Below, piece by piece: positions 39,532 to 53,400 of a DNA stretch of 64,000 nucleotides (positions are counted from its first letter, which is position 1; every line of letters starts with the position of its first letter). Both the position numbers and the translations under genes were made by a program. The stretch is from Eledone cirrhosa (Eukaryota). The notes beneath the pieces were generated by a model. It ran no database searches, was not told the origin of the DNA, and was given only the letters and a program-made list of their open reading frames with translations. Where the stretch lies: the NCBI GenBank assembly GCA_964016885.1, contig OZ024741.1, forward strand, positions 188,604,001 to 188,668,000. The letters are read 5' to 3'.

Positions 39532-42500
39532 TGTAGCGCTCTCTAGACAGGCAAGTAGCTAAAGTTACTTCCTGTCGAAAGTCTAGAACCCTCTTTGCAA
39601 CTTCCGGAAAGAGGATATAAATAGCGGCAACGCAGTCAAGCTATCTCTTTTGGCGTCTTCCTTCGAACCGACAACACTGAAGATAAACATGTTGATTTTT
39701 CTCTAACCACCTATCATGGATTTGGACTATATCTAATTATGTACGAGAAAATTTGTGTACAACAATTATAACGTGGAGCTAAAATAAAAATGAAGACTTG
39801 TATTCGATATGGTGTTTTGTAAAATATCTTATCCTTTTCTGTGTAAAATTTAGTAGTTAGATTCCGGTGACATTTACTCGAGTAAAATAACCCTGAGTCT
39901 GGCAGAACACTAAAATGGTGACTCGACGTACAGAAACACCAACAAAAAAAAAAATGATAATTTCCGGATACGCATAAAGAAGAAAAAAACTGTTGCACCT
40001 CGTGTCTTCGTTTTCAACAAAGCCTTCGTTTTGTATTCGCCATTTTGCTTCCTCCGTGTTACATCACTTCAACTATTCATGTTACCACCACGTGTGCATA
40101 TATTTTTGAAAATACAACTAATTTTCTTTCAAATGTGTTGTCATTGGCTGATTCACGGAAGTTAAACCACATGTGCGGCAGTTAAAAAAAGAAAACATTT
40201 CACCCGGCGGCTACTACATTCACGATGAGCAATTCTTCGCTACCGACGTAATCAGGTGATGTAGAGTTGTGGTTTGCACAACTAGATTCGTATTTTGTTA
40301 CACATGGCGTCCAAGCGGTACAACAAAAGTTACACGTGCTCATAAGCGGAATCCCTGCCTCGCTCGCCGTGTCATCACAGATCCCTCACAAGGCGTCACT
40401 TACGAGACCCTTAAAGCAGAAGTGCTCAGACGGAACAGCCGTTCGTCTGAGAGCAAATTTCGTTCCTTGTTAGAGGAGGAAAACCTGGGAGATAGAACCC
40501 CGTCCCAGTTTTTACAGCACACCCGGGAACTGAGCGACTCAACAGCAGAGGACAACTCTTTCGTAAAACAATTATTTTTCTCCCGTTTGCCAACAAATGT
40601 GCAGGCCATACTGGCAAATATGGTCGACACCAGTTCTCTGAACCAAATTGCAGCCTCAGCGGACCGCATAATGGAATTTTCTCGAGTACCTACTTCGGCA
40701 GATCCACACATTGCTGTTGCTACCTTTAAAGCACAGCCTGTTCCACCTCGTGAGGACTCTATATTGAGTGACTAAACTGTGTCGGGAACGAACACATTCC
40801 AGATGGCGTCCACGAAGTCGTTCTCCTTCTTTTCATCGTCGCGCCAAAACCCCGCCAACAACTCGTCTTTATGTTGGTATCACGTGCGTTTTCGTGAAAA
40901 GGCGAATCATTGTATTCAACCCTGCTCTTTCGGGACTTCGGAAAACTAAACCTGGAGAATCTGGGCACGGCAGATCTCTCCTCCATTAATTCTCCTTATC
41001 GTGCTTTTTTCATAAAAGATCGAATTTCAAACAAATCGTTTATAGTCGACACAGGATCTAGCTGCAGTATTTGGCCCCTTCGTTTCAGCTGTACCAAGCC
41101 ACATTTTCCCGGTATTTCCTTGTATGCAGTAAACTAGTCTCCTATAAAAACTTATGGACAAATATATCTCTATCATTGGACCTAGCTTTGCGTCGGGATT
41201 TCAAATGGATTTTCGTTGTAGCGGACCTACTCCACCATATTCTCGGTGCGGATGTCTTACACCACTACTCACTGTTAGTAGATGTCAGGAAACAGAAACT
41301 TGTGGATGGCACCACATCTTTATCTACGCCTGCTCGTGGTTCTACTGTTGCCACCATAAGTCCCGCATGTTTTATAGCTGCCTCTGGAAACCAGCTTCAT
41401 TCTCTTCTTGCCTCGTTTCCCGAGTTAACTGACATTTCATTTAAACCGAACCAAGTAATCCACTCGACTCGACATTTTATTACAACAACTGCTCCGCCTG
41501 TTTTTTCTCGGCTACGTAGGCTGGGTTCAGACAGGCTAAAAAAAGCCAGGGATGAGTTCGATCACATGCTTCAGCTTGGTCTTATACGACCGTCCACCAG
41601 CCCATGGGTATCCCCGCTTCATTTGGCTCGTAAGGGTGAAGCGGATTTTAGACCTGTGGGTGATTATAGACGACTTAACGCTATCACAACACCTGATCGT
41701 TATCCTCTACCAAATTTACAGGATTTTTCATCCGCTCTGCATGGATGCAAGATATTTTCTAAAATAGATCTGGTACGCCATTACCATCAAATACCCATGC
41801 ATCCGGAAGACATACCAAAAACAGCTGTGACCACCCCTTTTGGTTCGTTTGAATTCCTATCCATGCCTTTTGGTTTGCGGAATGCTTCTAGTACATTTTA
41901 TCGATGAAGTCACGCGTGGATTGGATTTCGTGTTTTCTTACGTTGATGATCTCCTGATAGCCAGTGATTCGGATGAACACCATCATCAACATCTATCTCA
42001 GTTATTTCAACGTCTCCAATCGTACCAAGTCAGAATCAACCCAGCTAAATGTGTGTTTGGTGCAGATTCACTGGAATTCCTCGGACACCTTATAGATTCA
42101 GAAGGCATTCGTCTTTTGCCAGCTAAAGTAGAGACGTTTCAGCAATTAGCACCACCAACATCCTTGAAACAATTACGCCATTTTTTTTAGGATTAATTAA
42201 CTTTTATCGTCGCTTTATTCCTAACTGTTCGGACAAGTTATTCCCCTGACACAGTTTTTAAGAGCTGCAAAAAAGAAAGATAAAAAAGTTCACTTTCTGC
42301 CGATGCATTGCAGTCTTTTAAATCCGTCAAGTCTGAGCTAGCCGAAGTTTCCCCCCTAGCCCATCCTGTTGCAAATGCGAGACTTTCCTTATCTGTTGAT
42401 GCACTTGATCGTGCTGTTGGCGCAGTTCTGCATCATGTAATCGATCACCAAGTTCAACCATTGGCATTTTTCTCTCGCCAATTAAAACCAGCAGAACAGA

Positions 42501-44699
42501 GACACAGCACCTTTGACAGAGAACTTTTGGTGATTTATCTTGCCGTAAAGCACTTCCACCACCTTTTGGAGAGACGGGAGTTCACGATATTCACGGACCA
42601 CAAACCGTTAACGTTCGCTTTACAATCCAAGTCCGACAAGTACTCTCCGAGAGCGTATAGGCATCTGGATCTCATCTCACAGTATACCAGTGACATCCAT
42701 CGCATAGCTGCAGCTTCTAACATATCCGCGGACGCACTATCTCGACTTTCTATGTGTTCTCTTGCGTCTTCTGCACATATCGAGTTAGTTGCCATTGCAA
42801 CTGACCAACCTACTTTGGATTCGCTGGACATTTCCTCTAACCAGTTCTCCTGCTGCAAATTGGAATATTTACCTCTTTCATCTTCTGAAGGGAAAATTCT
42901 CTGCGATGTTTCTACTGGCTCACCCAGACCACTTGTTCCAGATTGTCATCAGCGTTCCGTTTTTGATGCACTTCATTCCTTGTCACATCCTGGCATAGCT
43001 GCCACGGTGAAGCTTATTACGGCTCGATTCTTCTGGCCTAATATGCGTCGTTTAATCACCGGTTGGGCACGTTCTTGCTTGAAGTGTCAGCGCTCTAAGA
43101 TTCATCGGCATGTCCGCGCTCCTCTTGGAAAATTCAGCCCGCCAGACGCACGTTTCCGTCATATACACATGGATATTGTTGGTCCATGGCCCGTTAGTCG
43201 TGGATTCACATACATATTGACTTGTATCGATCGTTTCTCTCGGTGGCCTGAAGCCATACCCCTCATGGACATAACAGCAGAGTCCGTTGCCCGAGCTTTC
43301 ATTTCCTATTAGATTGCTCATTTCTAAAATAAATACGGATCGGGGACGCCAAATTGAAGCTTCCTTATTTCGTGAAATATCACGACTCTTGGGTGCTCCT
43401 CACATCCATACGACCAGCTACCACCCAGCCTCCAATGGAATGATCGAGAGGTTTCACAGACAGTTGAAAGCTGCACTTCACGCTACTCCTGATCCACAAC
43501 GTTTGACTGAATTTTTGCCTATCGTGCTTCTTGGTTGTCGTGCTACCATTAAGACAGATTTAGGTTTTTCTTCTGCTGAACTTCTTTATGGTACCACATT
43601 TCCTCTTCCTGGACAAATGTTAGCACCAGTGGATTCATCACATCTTGACCCAGCATCATATGTCACCAGGATTCGTTCGTATTTCTCGGATCTTCCACCG
43701 ATGAACCCTCGTGACCAATCTATTTCTTCTACTGTCCCATCGGACATCTCTACGTGGACACACATTTTCATACGGAATGATTCCGTCAAGGGACCTCTTA
43801 CGTCACCTTATAATGAACATTTCACAGTGGCTGTCAATGGCCGAAAAGAGACAATATCCATTGACAGAGCAAAAAAGGCTTTCTCCGAAAGTCTCATCAC
43901 ACTGTCTGATACACCTCGTACATACACTCCTACACCAACACTTTCACCTCCACCGCAAACACCACATACCACACAACCTTATGTCACACGAGGTGGCAGG
44001 ACGGTAAAATGGCCACGAAAACTCTCAAAAACAATATACATTTAAACCCCAGTGGCATGCATTAACATACCTCTTCTTTTTAGTGATGTATGAACTATTT
44101 GACTTTGAAAAACATTGATTTTACCATTGAGCATCAAAATTCGTATGACTATGATTTATCATTCGTTACATTCAAACATTCTTTGTAAAAATGCATTACT
44201 TGTTTTATGCTCATTTTGCTATTTGCTTGCTCATGTTTTATTCATTCATGTTCTTGTTTTGCTCCTCATGTTCTCGCTACAATGATTTCATTTGGTCATT
44301 CGACTTCTAGTCTGAGAGGGGAGTCTTGTAGCGCTCTCTAGACAGTCAAGTAGCTAGAGTTACTTCCCGTCGAAAGTCTAGAACCCTCTTTGCAACTTCC
44401 GGAAAGAGGATATAAATAGCGGCAACGCAGTCAAGCTATCTCTTTTGGTGCCTTCCTTCGAACCGAAGATAAACATGTTGATTTTTCTCTAACCACCTAT
44501 CATCTATTTGGACTATACCTAATTATGTACGAGAAAATTTGTGTACAACAATTATAACGTGGAGCTACAATAAAAATGAAGACTTGTATTCGATATGGTG
44601 CTTTGTAAAATATCTTATCCTTTTCTGTATAAAATTTAGTAGTTAGATTTCGGTGACATTTACTCGAGTAAATAACTCTGGGTCTGGCAGAACACTAAA
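39532..44699 (+). mobile_element. Ty3/Gypsy LTR retrotransposon #2 (decayed)
   Basis: LTRs 39532-39914 and 44327-44699; TSD AAAC; tRNA-Trp-like PBS tggtgactcgacgt; PPT gagaggggag. Gag LGDRTPSQFL, protease VDTGS, RT YVDD, RNase H, integrase. Confidence 0.95.
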
Positions 44700-44907
44700 A
44701 AACTATATTTATAAAACCATATTTATTCTATTATATATATTTGAAGGGTATCAAAGATTTTGGTACGCTATCATCAGATAAAATACAAAATGTTTTATAA
44801 ATATTTGACATGACCAACGGTTCAAGTTATCCCTGACTTTCCAGGGATAACTTGAACCGTTAAAGTATATTATCCTTGGTCATGTCAAATATTTATAAAA
44901 CATTTTG

Positions 44908-44969
44908 TATTTTATCTGATGATAGCATACCAAAATTTTTGGTACCCTTGAAATATATATAATAGAATA
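44908..44969 (+). ncRNA. Minimal type I hammerhead ribozyme (antisense twin at about 44723-44785)
   Basis: TATTTTAT-CTGATGA-tagcaTACCAAAatTTTGGTAccctt-GAAA-tatata-TA-ATAGAATA. Confidence 0.65.
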
Positions 44970-45304
44970 AATATGGTTTTATAAATATAGTTTCCATTTA
45001 TTTAATATCATTGTATATATAGTAATAGGTATAAATTGAAAATGTAGCTGCAGTATAGCAGATACCAATCGAATTGTTTGAGGCAGTCACAAAAGTACTC
45101 AATGATGTGAAGAGTTAATACATTTTCATCCAGTGTAAACACAAAAAGTTAATAAGCTGTGACACGAAGAATAAAGCGACCAAAAGCATATGACCATAAT
45201 AATGCAACAGCATCATAAACAATCAGTATAGATAGTAACTGCTACTGCTGTTGTGTTTTGGAATGATATCTGTTGAGAGGAAGAGAAGAGATGGACATTA
45301 TTTT

Positions 45305-45895
45305 AGTATTGGTAAGAGTGTTGGATGCCATGCTTTGGCGCATAGAGTTACGGCCCTTGCCATTCTGAGTTCAAATCCCGCCGAGGTTAACTTTGCTTTT
45401 CATCATTACGGGGTCGATAAAATAAAGTACCAGTAATATACTGGGTAATTGCTGGCCTTGTGCCTAACGTAGAAACAATTATTTTCTTTACAGGGCGGTG
45501 AATTGGCAGTATCGGTAGAGGGTCAGACGCCATGCTTTGCAGCAAAGAGTTACGGTCCTTTATGATCTGAGTTCAAATCCCGCCGAGGTTAACTTTACCT
45601 TTCATCCTTACGGGGGTCGATAAAATAAAGTACCAGTAATACACTGGGTAATTGCTGGCCTTGTGCCTAACGTAGAAACAATTATTTTCTTTACAGGGCG
45701 GTGAATTGGCAGTATCGGTAGAGGGTCAGACGCCATGCTTTGCAGCAAAGAGTTACGGCCCTTTATGATCTGAGTTCAAATCCCGCCGAGGTTAACTTTG
45801 CCTTTCATCCCTACGGGGGTCGATAAAATAAAGTACCAGTAATACACTGGGATAATTGCTGGCCTTGTGCCAAAAGTAGAAACAATTATTTTCTT
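45305..45895 (+). mobile_element. Three head-to-tail SINE A copies (~200-bp period)
   Basis: Repeated unit ending gtagaaacaattattttctttac. Confidence 0.85.
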
Positions 45896-46054
45896 TACTA
45901 TCACTGGGCTGGTATTTTCTTTATCATCTTCCCAAAGGATAAAAGGTGTTGTGAACCTTAACAGGATTTGAACTGAGCCCACAGAGAGATGGAACAAATA
46001 TCCTAAGCTTTAAGGACAATTATCATATCTAGTGTTCCAATAGTTGCGTAGTTT

Positions 46055-46505
46055 GATTGGGTGGGTGGGTGTGGACGACACAGGTGATACATTTATGGGG
46101 GAGGGTGGAACTTTTGTGTCTGGTGTATTTGAATATGGGAAAGGAGGTTGAGGTGGAGGGAGAGTGGGGTGAAAGGGGATTTGGGGTGGATGGGGAGCAG
46201 GAGGGAGGGGAGTGTGAGGAAAGGCGTTGAGGTGGTGGTGGTGATGAGTGGGGGAAGGGGGTTGAAGTTGGGGGGTGTGTGGAGTGGAGGGGCGCGAGGG
46301 GAAGGGGGTTGAGGTGGTGGTGGTTGGAATGGAGGGGAAGGGGGTTGAGGCGAAGGGGTTTGGAGTGGGGTGGGGGGTTTGAGGTGGAGGAGAGCAGGAG
46401 AAGGGGGGGGGGGGGGTTGATGTTGGGGTGGAACAGGGTGAAGGAGGTTGAGGTGGAGGAAAGTGGGCTGAAGGGGTTGAGGTGGATGGGGAATCGGGAG
46501 GAGGA
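46055..46505 (+). repeat. G-rich low-complexity tract (GGGGTTGAGGTGG-like units)
   Basis: Strong G strand bias with many G3+ runs. Confidence 0.8.
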
Positions 46506-47025
46506 AAACTCAAGGGCTGCCCCAAGCAGCAAATACTCTATCTACGCCACTGTACTCCAATTACAATTATTATGGCTACTGTTTTTCTTTTCATACCACA
46601 CCTGCTTATTACCATTTCATCATCTATGTACAATGGTAGTCTTTCTCAATCGTCTCCAGGGCTGTGTTAATGTTATCGTTGTTGTTGTTGTTGTTGTTGT
46701 TGTGCAAACACAGATTAATTCCAGCTTAATTAATATACTCTACCACCTGGCCTTCAGCTCTACCTAACACACCAAAGAGCTCCACATAAAAAAGCAGGTG
46801 TCTTGCTGTTTAGAATATCTAAAATATTTCAGGTCAAAGCTAATTTGTCACAATCTATTGGCATAACTTCCTAATTATAATAAATTACTTCATTATTATG
46901 ATGGGGGCGGTGGTGGTGGTGGTGGTGGTGGTGGTTTTAGTCATAGCTGTGGTGGTAGTGAGGGAGAGGGGTTAATCTGGGAGTTGACCAAGTCAGCGTT
47001 TAAGGTTTATGTCGGGTATACATAG

Positions 47026-47128
<103 letters not shown>

Positions 47129-47768
47129 AATATATATATATATATATATACACACACATACATACATACACACATGTATCCATGTGCACACATACTCGTC
47201 TGTATGTATATATTTATGTATGTATGCTATGCATGCATGTATATATATATATATATGTATGTATGCAAGTATATATATTTATATATATAAATGATAGCAT
47301 ATACACTTATACACATACACACACACACACACACATACATGCAGTTATGCGCACACATATTCACACATGTGCACACACATACATGCACACACATATTCAC
47401 ACATGTGCACACACATGCACGTACACAGACACACAGACACACACACACACACACATGCACACACACACATTCACTGAGGTACACTGTGACGTATGAAGTG
47501 ATAGAAGAACGGAGTGAAGTGTGAGTAGAGCGGGAAAAGGGAGAGGTGGGAGAGGGAAAGAAGAGGGAGTGTATGTAGGATTAGTGCAGATTATATAATG
47601 AAGCGGGCAAAGTAAGATTAATGGATTAATGGGCAATTAAGAATGATGACTTTTCCTAGCTTCAACTGCCAGTAACATACAACAATATTTCCATGTTTTA
47701 TCTTTTTTAAATCTCTCTCTCTCATCTTTGTTTCTGCCTGTTTGTTATATGTAATATAATAGACTACA

Positions 47769-47847
<79 letters not shown>

Positions 47848-47857
47848 GAGAAAGAAG

Positions 47858-47974
<117 letters not shown>

Positions 47975-48032
47975 AAGGCTCTGATACCATCAACACTATA
48001 AACACAGAGCTGGCATATCTAAGAACTGACTA

Positions 48033-48088
48033 ACTGCCTGATGAGGTCATAGCCATTCAATGTCTATCATCGAAATATATATAGCAGT
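48033..48088 (+). ncRNA. Minimal type I hammerhead ribozyme in ~160-bp module 47972-48132
   Basis: ACTGC-CTGATGA-stem II-GAAA-tatata-TA-GCAGT; same family as 10479-10534; (TA)n on both sides. Confidence 0.78.
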
Positions 48089-48127
48089 AAATAAAGGATT
48101 ATGAGTTCATGCAATTGACTTGCTTCG

Positions 48128-48224
<97 letters not shown>

Positions 48225-48474
48225 GAAAGGTATAGAAAACATTGTAGCAAAAAGCCAACAGTATTCCATGATATATAAGTGACTATAGCGTCAAAATGGG
48301 AAAAATAGTTAACGTAAGATGTGGGAAAAATAACTCAAACTCAACTCAAAGAGAATCAGGATATAGATTCATTCAACAGAATTTAGTGAAATCCAGGGAA
48401 AAATCAATAGAGCCTTAACTCATGATAAAATAAAGTTTAAAATACTCATCCTTCAATTTGGAAAAACCTCAAAT

Positions 48475-48554
48475 GCTCTGTATAGTCTTAAAGACTATTT
48501 CACGAAAACTTTCAGTGGAGATGGTCACGGTTGGAATTCGATCCTCAGCAGAGC
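48475..48554 (-). ncRNA. Type I hammerhead ribozyme in module 48221-48650
   Basis: GCTCTG-CTGAGGA-tCGAA...TTCGt-GAAATAGTCTttaAGACTAT-A-CAGAGC; perfect 6-bp stem I and 7-bp stem III. Confidence 0.8.
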
Positions 48555-48670
48555 TCAACTCGATAACCAAAATTTCTCACTGATTAATACGCCAAAAAGG
48601 GAATTTAAAACAGGCTAGTTCACCATCATGCGTGATTATGAAAAATAAATATTATATATATATATATGAA

Positions 48671-48710
<40 letters not shown>

Positions 48711-48863
48711 TTGTTATACTTTGGGAGGGTCATGTTGCAAATAAGAAACACACGCACCAGTTGCTTTCATTTCAATTTATTATAAATTAAATTTAGAAAT
48801 TTAGAAATTTAGAAATTTCCGGTTGGTTGGTTGGTTCCACAAAAAGACGATTGTTCATATATT

Positions 48864-48906
48864 GTCAAAGTTCTTTCGTCACACATTCTGTGACCTCTTC
48901 AGTGAC
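48864..48906 (-). ncRNA. Minimal type I hammerhead ribozyme
   Basis: GTCA-CTGAAGA-gGTCACagaatgtGTGAC-GAAAGAACTT-TGAC; truncated relative at about 49612-49635. Confidence 0.7.
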
Positions 48907-49014
48907 TGGGGATTCTTTTCTTTGTTTTTGTGCCTCTCCTTTCTTCTGTCCTACGCCATCTTGTTTATATATATATATAAGTTGGGTATATCAGCTATAA
49001 TATATATATATATA

Positions 49015-49410
49015 TGGAGGCACATGTCTTAGTGGTTAGAGCATTGGCCTTGCAATCGAAAGGTTGTGAGTTCAATTCTCAGACCGGGTGATGTGTTGTT
49101 TCCTTGAGCAAGACACTTTATTTCACATTGCTCCAGTTCACTCAGCTGTAGAAATGAGATGATAGGGACTGGGGTCCCTATCATTCCACTGCAAAGTGGT
49201 CGTGGAGGTGCCACGGCAAAAAAAGCACCCAGCCCACACTGTAAAGTGGACGTGTAGGCGCCATGGAAAAAAAGCACCCAGCACTCACTGTAAATGAGGT
49301 TGGTGTTAGAAGGGGCATCCAGCTGTAGATATCAAGCCAGAATCAGTTCCCGTCCCACCCTTGCAAGCAGGGAAAAGCGGACGTAAAATGAGATGATGAT
49401 GAGGATGATG
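49015..49410 (+). mobile_element. SINE family B
   Basis: Similarity to 10604-10945, with an extra internal repeat unit. Confidence 0.8.
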
Positions 49411-50454
49411 ATATATTGTTATACTTGGGGAGGGTCATGTTGTTGTAATAATATTGCCAGAAATAATAACAGAACACAATCACTGTTTGGTTGGTTTTCG
49501 CTTCTGTATCTTTTATATCAGTTAATTGATTCGGTCCTCAATGTTTACCATTGACTGACCAACGGTAAAAAATACAGATATAATATAGATATAAACACAT
49601 AATATAATCTAACAAAGTTCTTTCGTTGCACATCTGAGAGAGAGAGAGATAGATAGATAGGTGTATAGAACTAGAACTGGATGGAATAAGACAGGATAAA
49701 AGTGTGGATTAAGATAGGGTAGAACAGGGTAGGGTATTATATAGAAAAGGATGGAATGTAATAGTTTGGGATATTATATAGAACATGGTGGAATGAAATA
49801 AGATGAATTGAACAAGATGGAATAGAATATAACCGGGTGGAATAGTGCAAGATAAAATGTGATATATCAAACAGGGTGGAATATGGTATAAAACCGTGAA
49901 TAGTTTATAGAATAGCACATGGTGGTATGCAGTATATGGTATAAATCACAGTTGTTGATTTCTAACAATAGTACAAGGTCAGGCAGTTACTATCACTAAA
50001 TGTACAGATATCCAGTTATATTTATCTGTTTAGATACCAACACACTCAGACAAGGGACTCATTAGCTTACCTCCCTTCTGTTGGGGATTTACATGATAAA
50101 TACACTCAATACACTCTGTAAAGGTGTATTAGGAAGAGCATCCAGCTAGAGAAGACATGTGAAACAAAGAGTTGAGAGAACTCTTCAACTGTGTCAAACT
50201 CATGATAACTTTCACGATAAATGCACCCAGTACACTCTGTAAAGTGGTTGATGATAGGAATGGCATCCAGTTGCAGAAAACCTACCAAACAAAGAGTTGG
50301 GAGTACTATTCATCTGTGTCAAGGACATGACAGCCTCTCTAGTGCTGGAGTTACAAATAAATACACTTGGTAGTGAATGGGATTGTATGTGAGTTGCAGG
50401 CTGACGGCTTGTTTGAGCATTCGGTAGGGTGCAGAAATGTATGCATGATGCAGG

Positions 50455-53400
50455 TGTAGCGCTCTCTAGACAAAGGGAAGTAGCCAGAGTTACTTCACGT
50501 AGAATTTATAGAATACTCCTTGAACTTCCGTTCCAGAGATTATAAAAGAAGGAGCGAAGGACTGAACACACCAAGTACAGATGCTAAACTTTTTCTAATC
50601 CTATCCTATACCTCAGGATTACACCACATCATGGCACGAGGTACGTTTCACTACCAAAATTGCAACAAGCTACTTCAATAAATACAAATGGTTACTGATA
50701 CTCGTTTCTGAAGTATTTGTCATGTTTCAATTACTACATCGTCATTTCTTTTACATCTTCTAAACAAATTAAATTAGTGGTTGGTATGTAGTGGTATTTG
50801 CTGGAGTAAATAACCCTATGGCCAATTCACTAAATTGGTGACCCCGACGTGATTCGAACACATAGCCTTCTGATCTGTTCTCAACTCTAAAGAGTTCGTT
50901 TTTTTTTTCAGTCAGTTCGTGTGGGGCGAACAAAATAGAACAATTGAAGAGGCAAGTCGCCATGTTGACAGCGTGATAATTCACTAAAAAAATTGTCCCT
51001 CGTGTCTTTGGTTCGAACAAGCTTTCGTTTTTTTGAAGTCGCCATCTTACTTGCTTGGTGCTATATTTTTTTTACTTGGGTTATTCATGGTACTACCACG
51101 TGTGCGGTAGTTGAAAAAAAAAAAAGAAAATGGAATTTTCTCGAGAGCCTACTTCGGCAGATTCAGTCGTCGCTTCTTCTGCTTTTAAAACCCAGCCTGC
51201 TTCACCTCGTGAGGACACAATGTTCAGAGCCATTGACGCGTTAACTCGTCAAGTAGCTAAACTGTGTCGGGAGCGAACGCCATCTAGGTGGCGTTCACGA
51301 AGACGGTCTCCTTCTCTTCATCGTCGCGCCAACTTCCCCGCCAACAACTCATCTTTGTGTTGGTATCACGTGCGTTTTCGATAAAAGGCGAAACACTGTA
51401 TTCAGCCCTGCTCTTTCGAAGCCTTGGAAAACTAAAATCGGAGAGACTGGGCACGGCAGACCTCTCCCTCAATAATTCACCTTATCGCGCTTTCTTCATC
51501 AAAGACCAAGTCTCAAACAGATCATTTATGGTGGACACAGGATCTAGTTGCAGTATTTGACCTTTACGGTTCAGCTCTACCAAGCCAAATTTTTCCGGCA
51601 TTTCTTCTTTATATGCAGTGAACCAGTCTCCGATCAAAACCTATGGTCAAATATCTTTATCGTTGGACTTAGCTTTGCGCCGAGATTTTAAATGGATTTT
51701 CATCATTGCGGACCTATTTCATCCTATTCTCGGTGCCGATTTTTTACACCATTATTCACTGTTGGTAGATGTCAGGAGACAGAAACTTGTGGATGGTACC
51801 ACATCTTTATCTACACCTGCTCGTAGGTCTACTGCTGCTGTTGTGGGTCCCTCGTGTTTTATAGCTGCCTCTGGAAACCAGTTTTATTCACTTCTTGCCT
51901 CGTTTCCCAAGTTAACGGACATCTCATTTAAACCTAATCAGGTAGTCCACTCGACTCGACACTTTATTACAACAACTGGTTCGCCTGTTTACTCTCGTCC
52001 ACGAAGGTTGGCTCCAGATAGACTAAAGAAAGCCAGAGATGAGTTCGAGCACATGCTTCAGCTCAGTCTTATTCGACCTTCCACCAGTCCATGGGCATCT
52101 CCGCTTCACTTGGCTCGAAAGGGTGAATTGGATTTTAGGCCGGTGGGAGATTATCGAAGACTTAATGCCATCACTACACCTGATCGTTATCCTTTACCAA
52201 ATTTACAGGATTTTTCTTTCATTCTGCATGGATGCAAGATATTTTCTAAAATAGATCTGGTACGGGGGTACCATCAAATACCCATGAATCCTGAAGACAT
52301 ACCAAAAACAGCTGTGACCACCCCTTTTGGTTCGTTTGAATTTCTGTCCATGCCTTTTGGTTTCACCTCACTGAGACAGTTACGTCATTTCTTGGGATTA
52401 ATTAACTTTTATCGTCATTTTATTCCCAATTGTGCCAAAAAGTTATTCCCCTTGACACAGCTTTTAAAAGATGCGATGAAGAAAGATGCACCCATTGCTC
52501 TTTCTGCCGATAATTTGCAATCCTTTGAATCCGTCAAGTCCGAAATAACTGAAGTTTCTTTCCTCGCCCATCCTGTTGCAAACGCGAGGCTTTCTTTAAC
52601 TGTTGATGCGTCCGATCATGCTGTTGGAGCAGTTTTGCAACATACGATCAACCACCAGGTTCAACCACTGGCATTTTTCTCACGCCAACTTAAAACCAGC
52701 AGAACAGAGATACAGCACCTTTGACAGAGAACTTTTGGCAGTTTATCTTGCCGTGAAGCACTTCCACCATTTTTTGGAAGGGCGGGAGTTCACGATATTC
52801 ACGGACCATAAACCGCTAACGTTCGCTCTCCAATCCAAGTCCGACAGGTACTCTCCGAGGGCATATAGGCATTTGGATCTCATCTCCCAGTACACCAGTG
52901 ACATTCGTCATATAGTCGGAGCTGCCAACATACCCGCGGACGCACTGTCTCGACTTTCTGTGTGTTCTCTTGCATCTCCAGCACATATCGATTTGGTTGC
53001 CATGGCAACTGACCAACCAACTTTGGATTCGTTGGACATTTCATCTGATCAGTTCTCCTGCTGAAAATTGGAATATTTACCTCTTCCATCTTCTGAAGGG
53101 AAAACTCTCTGCGATATTTCTACTGGCTCACCCAGACCACTTGTTCCAGATTGCCATCAACGTACCGTTTTTGATGCACTTCATTCCTTGTCGCATCCCG
53201 GCATAGCTGCCACGGTGAAGCTCATCACGGCCCGATTTTTCTGGACTAATATGCGTTGTTTAATCACCGGTTGGGCACGTTCTTGTTTGAAGTGTCAACG
53301 CTCCAACATTTATCGGCATGTTCGCGATCCTCTGGGTAAATCCAGCCCGCCGGACGCCCGTTTTCGTCACATTCACATGGATATTGTTGGTCCGTGGCCC

